A stretch of DNA of 64,000 nucleotides, from assembly GCA_951406725.2 (NCBI GenBank), contig OX597820.1, positions 24,366,001 to 24,430,000 of the forward strand, read 5' to 3'. Position 1 is the stretch's first letter; every line of letters starts with the position of its first letter. Origin of the DNA: Octopus vulgaris (taxonomy: Eukaryota). A model generated the notes under the pieces. The model did not search any database, was not told the origin of the DNA, and was given only the letters and a program-made list of their open reading frames with translations. A program made the position numbers and the translations under genes. Shown here one piece after another: positions 55,695 to 64,000 of the stretch.

Positions 55695-56972
55695 GCATGC
55701 ATATATGTAAGCACATTCACATATGTATATATCAGTATACATAGACATAAATACATACCTCACGCCTAATCACATTAACTTTTATTGCGGCGGCTGCTCC
55801 TACCTCAGTATTGCCGCTACTACTACAACTACTACTACTACTACTACTGCAAGTAGTAGTAGTAGTTCATCCTACACTCTGTTCTTTGCTCTGTGTCCTA
55901 CTTTAATCTTGCTTAGCTCTTCTATATTATATCAGATGATGTTTTGTAAGCCGGCTGAAAGTTTATCTTTTAATCAATAAAAGAAACAGGCCCTGAAGAT
56001 TTCTACACCAAATAGAACTTCACCAGTGAAATCAATTGGCAGGAAAACAAAAAGAAAAGCAATACAATACAAAATTAAAACTATAACAAAGAAATGTAAA
56101 ACATGACAAAACAAACGACGTACAAATATGAAATGTATAAAAGAATTAAAACACCGATAAAAAAGACGAAATATACGTGATATAGAAACTGTGGAGGAGG
56201 TGGAAAAATTAGCTAACTTCTTCTAGGACGGCTTATCAATAAACTGTGAACCAATCAATCTAACAACGATCGAAGTAAATGGATAGATTTAGTTGTCTAT
56301 AAAGGCCGTATACAGCTAGCCATGTAGAAAAAATAATCTATTTATGAAACAAGTAAAACCGAGTCCGGAAGAGTAAAAAATATAAAATACAAAAATACGA
56401 ATTGGACAGAAATCCATCTTTTCTACCTCGTGATTTCCTTTCTTTTAGTGCACTAACTCCGTGATGCAACAATGTATGTGTGTGTACGAATATGTATGTG
56501 TTTATGTATGTAAGTGTGTATGTATGTATAGATGTATGAGTCTGTATCTCTGTATATATATTTGAATGTGTATATGTATTTCTGTTTACTTATGTATATA
56601 TGTGTGTGTTTATATAAGTATGGGTATGCATCAATAAGGGGACAGTCTGGCGAATTGTTTAACAAATTCATTTTATTGTCCAAACGGTGCCTGTTTAGTT
56701 CTCTCAGCGTGACAACGTGGGCTAATGCCAATTCACACACCTTGGCAGAAAAACCGGGTGGTCGTTTATAGCAAAGAAGCCCGTTGGCTGGATAGTACGT
56801 ATAATTCGATAGGTGCTGTCTTGTGGCATACTGTGTCACACTGATTCTGTTTGTAGAATACTTAGCCATATATACGTTAATACAAGATTTGGCTTTGCAC
56901 TTGATCCTTAATTAACTGAATCTTCACCGTCGAATGATGGAGAGCCACCATATAACTATATATCTGTATCTA

Positions 56973-57124
<152 letters not shown>

Positions 57125-57133
57125 CATCCATCC

Positions 57134-57190
<57 letters not shown>

Positions 57191-57208
57191 CCTACCTATC
57201 TATCTATC

Positions 57209-57239
<31 letters not shown>

Positions 57240-57248
57240 CCATATGTA

Positions 57249-58028
57249 CGAGGTGTAGTTAAAAAGTATCCGAACTTTGGCAAAAGAAAAAAACAAACAA
57301 GTAATGTTTAAAAATACTAATCATTTTGATTTAGTCACTTTCAAAGTATTTACATTGGGAATCTACATACTTCTGCCAGCATTCCTGCCACTGCTGGAAA
57401 TCACTTTTTGGGATGCTGTAGAGCTGTGCCGTCGACTTTTGGTTAGTGTCCTCTGTTAACTCAAATCTTCTCTCTTTGAGTGGCTTGGACGACGGGAACG
57501 GAATGAGCTGGTGCTTTGTCATGGTGGAGTTGTGAGTTTTTGCACTCCACAGGCCCTCAATACTCACACGACAGTCTTCATAGACTATTACTCGAACCTT
57601 TGCAATCATTTCGTCGTTTCTGCTAGTCGATGGTGTGCCACAACGTGGGCCACTGTCCACTGAAGCGCAGCTATCTTTTAACCGGTTGTACCACTCCTTT
57701 ATTTGTGTTTTCCTATAGCATTATCTCCAAGGGCCTTCTGAATCTTCTCAATAGTCTGGGCTTGCATATCACTAAGTTTTGGACAGAATTTGATAGAGTA
57801 TCTTTACTCAATGCTCTCGGTCATCTTGACTATAAGAAATCGCACAAGTCACTCTTCACTTCTGTACTCAACGTGTCACTGCAGGCGACTGGCGCAACCT
57901 AAAGACACGAAAATTTTTGCGCATGCTCAGGAAGGATGCGGCCACCTAATATCCATGCGGATTTTGCTTACGAATTTATTATTTTGTGCAAAAAATATCA
58001 AGGTCGGATACTTTTTGACTACATCTCG
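57249..58028 (-). mobile_element. Decayed, internally deleted mariner element
   Basis: TIRs cgaggtgtagttaaaaagtatccga / tcggatactttttgactacatctcg with TA flanks; GTPSTSRNDEMIAKVR and LKERRF..WQKYVDSQCKYFE. Confidence 0.85.
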
Positions 58029-58459
58029 TATTTAAAATAGAACTGGGAGGAGGTCGGTCACGTATTTTAGTTTGACTTCATTTGGTTGGACTCTACAGCA
58101 GTGTAGATTGCACATAGATTTCACATAGAAAGCAAAACAAAACAATACAAATATTACGCTTGATTTTTACGCAATCTCTGGAGAGTTGACAATGCAAACA
58201 GATAATTAGATTTCCCTTATAATCTGATATTTATTTCTTATTAATAAAATACGCTTGAGATGATGTAACTAAATAGATATAAACACATACATATATATAG
58301 AAATTGTCCAGTTCTGTTCTACCTCTACATATATACGTATACAGACACACACTTTCTCTCTCTCTCACACACACATATGTATATATATGAATTATATATA
58401 TGTGCATGTATATATACATAATTATATGTATATATATATATACACACACATAAATACAT

Positions 58460-58515
<56 letters not shown>

Positions 58516-60326
58516 TTACACATAATCACGCAGATATATGAATATAAATACGTATACATTTTTATGTCTTTTAAGGTGTGTACATGAAACAAAGGGTAAT
58601 TGTTTAAGAAGAAAGCCTTTTATAACTTCGACATATGATCTCGTGTAAGGTAAATTAGATTTATAATCTGATATAAGTTGTTGGCTGAAAGAGGAACGAA
58701 GGTCATGACGTTGATACCATTATGATAAACATCACTTACGTAAGCGAAATGAAATTCCTGTAACCGTAAATCAAAGCTGTCTCAGGGACATCGCTGGCTG
58801 CGAATGTGTAATATTTCTGTTCTTTTATACATGGTACAGTTGCTTTTATGCGAAAAGACGTATGTATTTGTAAACTAAGGCAGATATACACAGACACACT
58901 GCACGCAACTTCGCACGCACACAAACTTTGTCTCTTCTAATAACATCGAGATATATTTTCAAAAGCTAACTAGGGAGCATTCATGTGGTCATGCGATCTG
59001 GTAGAAATAGCAACCGAATTACCCTCGAGTCACAATATGCTTTCTTACGTAATGAAGGTACCAATTATTTTATAGAGCCCTACTTGTCGTTAAATAGTCC
59101 CGTTGGTCATGACTGGAACACTTTTGATCATGGTTATTTTTGTCTTACGCGCCATTAAAAAAGTATCAACATGGACGTTAGTTTTGTTTGAAATAGCAAT
59201 CAAATTTCCTTTAAATCGAACCCTGAAATGTCATGTATACGGACAGGTGACATTACATGATATAGCACTACATTCCCTTAAAAGACAGGATGGTCGCGGA
59301 TGGAACGCCTTTGGTCACAGATCTGCTCGATCTAAACAACAACAAGACCAAGTGCGACATTAACCTTCTTACACATATTAACGAAACATTCCTGCACTTT
59401 ATTCTACGTATTACTATAGGGCCACCATCGTCAAAAAAGGTTATATTTTTGTATGCTTGAACGAGATTTTTTAAGGGAGACTCGCAGTTAAGCTATCCAC
59501 AGATACGTGTCTCTTCTCACATTCCAATACTGATGTTTACCCAGCTAAAAGCCGCTGGCCTAGGTTTATTACAAATTGGCATCACTTTGTCGCAGGTGTA
59601 GCAGTCAGAATGCAAAGGGCTGCAAGAGACAAGACAAGACACCTTACTCGACAGTCTAACATTTCTGCCATTCAACCGCCATGGCTTGGTATTTTTTCAA
59701 TCGATTCTGGCCAGATTGAAGGCAAAATCCACCTCTGTGGGACTTGAACTCTGAACATCGAGAGTCAGAACAATAACACGCAAATAAAGCTCTCAAACAG
59801 CAACAACGCTACGAATGTTGGAACACAAAGATTCAAGGTGACTTTGCACGGATTACATTGGAACCAACTGCTATCCAAGCATTAAGAAACTTCTAACAAC
59901 TAATAAATAGTTCAGCTTAAATTAGTTGATCAAATGTTACTTTTTTTACCGATATGAAACGAATGGGCACGTCTGTTTGGTCGCTAGGGATTTGAGACAG
60001 CTGAGTGGACATGAAATGTGTTTTGGGCAAAATGATTTTTGGCACTGGAGGCAAACACACTGGGGCGAGTGCAGAAATATACTTACATATAGAGTGGGAG
60101 TGAGAAAAATCTGTGGTGTAGAGCGAGAAATGAGAGAGAGAGAGGTGGAGATGGAGAAAGAGAGAAAGAGGGAGTGATAGTGACAGTGAGAGTGAGAGTG
60201 CGAGTGAGAGAGAGAGGGAGAGAGTGAAAGGGACATTACAATTAATTGGACACGACAGACGTATTTTTCCTCTCCTCATACACATAAAGAGATATGTATT
60301 TACGCACAAAAACACAGAAACGGACT

Positions 60327-60367
<41 letters not shown>

Positions 60368-60975
60368 CGGGAGAGAGAGAAGAGGCAGGAGAGAGAGAGG
60401 GAGAGAGAGTGAACGACAGAAAATTAAAATGCCAAATAAGTCAGCGTTGATTCAGTGTTACCGAATAAGCGGTTCCAAAACGACTGTACCAAAATGCCTC
60501 ATAATTGCCTTTTATAAAACTCATGTATGTACGGTATTAATAGTGTTTGCTTACGTGATGAGGAAGGTACTATACAAAACGTTAATACTACAATCTTTAA
60601 AAAGTTGCAATAACCCTGTTCGTTTGTTTGACTACGTTTCGTGAGCCAAAAACAGTACAGATATGATACGCAACAAAGGAACCTCTACGTAGTCGCTCAC
60701 CACTCATGAAGTAGTCGACAATTCCCACTCAAATTATATGCTGCCATCTTTAAAAAAAACAAACAAACAAAAAACATGGAAATACTAAATAATGTTTTCG
60801 TTCATACACTGTGACTTTGTATAAGAAGGGATGGTCACGTTTGGACTGCCTTTCAGCATAAGCCTGTTGAATGGGTGTTGACATGAAGTAAACAACATTA
60901 CAACAGACACTCAACCAATGCTTTGTATCCTATTGCTGTTGTTGTTCTTCTTCATTCTCATCAGCATCTTCATTT

Positions 60976-61039
<64 letters not shown>

Positions 61040-62404
61040 CACCACCACCACCACCACCAAAATGGTCTGTTCCTCTGAATTACATTCTTGCAAACTACCG
61101 ATCTTGCAACCAAAATAATACATACGCTTATTTCTCTAGGAATTTCTAATGCGTCTGTCCCTTTCACGAATGCAGGGAAAGTTATGTGCACAGGTTTTAT
61201 CCCACCATGTGACACATTGGTTAAGTGACTGTTTCGCTAGGTTCGAGTCTGTCGGAGCCCTGGGTAGATTAGCACTGCGCATCAAAGTCCGTTGGATAGC
61301 TTATGCGATTTTTTTCTTTTATTTGTTTTATTTCTTTTGTAGGTAAAGATAATCTTAAACTTGTAACCGCATAATATTAGAGAAGGATATCAAGAGCATC
61401 CATTCTCCATTCTCCATTCAGTGTCGAAGGAATTGAAAAAGCTTGGAAAAAATCCCCCCAAACTAGCTCTTCTTCACATTGTTACTTAAAGCCATATACA
61501 CACACACAAAAAAGAAAGAAAGAAAAGGTATATCAAATAATGCATGTAACATTAAAAAAACAACTACATATTGTGAATTTCTTCGTGCTTCCTTATTTAT
61601 CTTTAGATTTTGGTTTTGCAGGATTCTAGATAATCCAAGTGTTATATTCTAGTCAAAGTAGTTATTCATTTTTTTCATTTTTTTTTAATATATAACCGTT
61701 TTATATTAAGCAAAACACCATGGGAAATAAGTTGTACTAATGACAAAATCATCGCTGGATTTGAATAACCCCGTGTCCTTTTAAGGGAAAATTACTGATG
61801 GCAGTTTGTTGCTCGGATGCATTATCTCTTTCTGCATTTTTACATGCATTTTATTTATAACGAAGAATCATCCTTATTGTAAATGCATTGTCAGTCGACA
61901 AGAGAACGTCATGCTAGTATTGCCAAAATAAGTTCCGAAGTGTATATAGCTTCCATGCTTGCGTACAGAATTTGCAAACAACGCCAGCTCTCTCAGCTTT
62001 CTTTTGCAGTTGCAAGTTTATGGGTTGCTGTTCACGAGGAAAATTTTAATTTCGATGTTTTTGTTATACATTATTATTAATGGTAGTTTAATCTATTCTC
62101 AATGCTATTTCAATATATTATTCATGCACATGTAATATATATTGTAATCTGTTTTATGATCGTTTCCTTTTCATTACGTTTTCATCTCTCCTATAGTTTA
62201 TGGTACATTCTGTTCATATAATATACTTTATGTCTGGTTGGTTTGATTTTTTTTTATTTTACAGTGTGTAGAGTCGCTTGTATATATTGTATTGAGTCTA
62301 TTTATATATGTATTGTTCCATTGATTGATCTACTAACTTGTTTGTATATCCGTTATTGACTTCTATTTATTTTGATCTAGAATATATCATCATCATCATC
62401 ATCA

Positions 62405-62466
<62 letters not shown>

Positions 62467-62833
62467 TTATTTACGCACAACAGAATAGGCTGTTGGATAA
62501 AGAATTTCTGATATTGGGCTACAAGTAACTTATGAACATTCCTATGTATCTTTGCTGCCCTTATTATTATTATCATTATTATTATTATTATTATTATTAC
62601 TATTAATATCATCATCATCATCATCATCATCATCATTATCATAGGTAAAGCAGTAAGCTGGCAGAGACGTTAGCACACCGGGCAAAATGCTAAGCAGCAT
62701 TTCGTCTGTCTTTATGTTCTGCGTTCAAATTCCGCCGAAATAAGTACTAGTTCAGCACTGGGATCGATATAACCAACTTAGCCCCATCCCTGAAGTTGCT
62801 GGTCTTGAGCTAAAATTTTAAACCATAGTAATG

Positions 62834-62864
<31 letters not shown>

Positions 62865-63620
62865 CAACAACAACAACAACAATAATAATAATAATAATAA
62901 TAATTATTATTATTATTATAACTACTTTTTTTTCTGGTTTTGATTTGTTGAAGAGAATCCAAATACTGTTCTGCGTGGAGATATTTTTGTTTTATAACGA
63001 AGTTATATATTTGTTTGGTCATTCATAATCGTCATGTATATTATCCAGCCATTTATTAATGTTTTTTAAAAAAAATTTATTTCGTCCAAGTACATATTGA
63101 TGTTATATACGTGTTGTTCACATAGTTATATTTCCGTTTAAAAGTAAAGTTGTTTGTTTACGTATTATTTTCTTTCGGTTGTGTCATGTCTACATACTAG
63201 TTGCCAATAGTCATAGTTGTTTGCACAGAAGGCTACCCGTCGGTCTCATGAAGACTAAAACACAGCTTTATCATTTCCGTTTACCTTGCCAACTTTCCGT
63301 TCAGCCATTTTCTTTCTTTTTTACTTGTTTCAATCATTAGACTACGGCCATGCCTCGGCACTGGTTTTAAGAATTCCAGTCGAACGAATCAATCCCAGTA
63401 CTTATTTTATATTTTTTCAGCCTGGTATTTATTCTATCAGTTTCTTTTGTCAAACCGTTCAGTTATGGGGACATAAACGCACCAACACCGTTTGTCAAGC
63501 AATGGTGGGTGACAAATACTGGCGCACATCACACTAGCTCCCATACCTACATACATACAGTAGCTCCCACACCTACCTACCTACCTACCTACCTACCTGC
63601 CTGCCTACATACATACATGC

Positions 63621-63659
<39 letters not shown>

Positions 63660-64000
63660 TCCATCCATCCATCCATCCATACACACATACATACATACAT
63701 ACATTCATATATACATATATAAATTATTAAGGTGGCTATTCCCAATTTAAAACCGATAAGCAACAAGTACAGTTGTCACTAAAGTGACGGAGAGTACTAG
63801 TATGCACCAGCATTGCTAGAAATAAGGGTCAAAATAACTCTTAACCAAGCCTTGCCCAATCAAAATCGCAATCTTACGATCATGAGTTCGAGACCACTAA
63901 CCACAATGCCACGCATCTCTACACTACACACACACATACACAGAGACATACACAATTACACACACAACCGTTTTACACTTTTTCAAACTTTTGAACACGA

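Noticed and set aside
55989-56044. CTGAAGA...GAAA on the plus strand
   Set aside because: Stems I and II do not close properly.
61140-61228. Possible host exon after a ttatttctctag acceptor
   Set aside because: Short, no recognisable protein, no partner exons; the same applies to candidates at 12594 and 42350.

Overview
AT-rich, gene-poor animal genomic DNA, intronic or intergenic. The tRNA-derived SINE families and the extreme (TA)n/(CATA)n/(TATC)n load resemble Octopus or another coleoid cephalopod; this is inferred from the repeats only. No host coding exon could be supported, and almost all listed ORFs are microsatellite artefacts. Recognisable coding sequence comes from transposons: (1) a 5'-truncated, stop-free Penelope-like retroelement (PLE, Naiad-type RT + GIY-YIG endonuclease) at 17758-22487 (-); (2) a second, decayed PLE at ~46205-48530 (-); (3) Tc1/mariner remnants. 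There are also hAT, Helitron and Helentron non-autonomous elements and many SINEs. The main finding is that most 100-700 bp unique-looking islands between (TA)n runs are PLE terminal-repeat (pLTR) or retrozyme-like insertions. About 20 type-I hammerhead ribozyme (HHR) motifs from many unrelated families were read by eye, ranging from intact to decayed. Several have large structured stem-II insertions or non-canonical cores. Several sit in 350-490 bp partial tandem units or have inverted ends. Coordinates were counted by hand and element boundaries are approximate.
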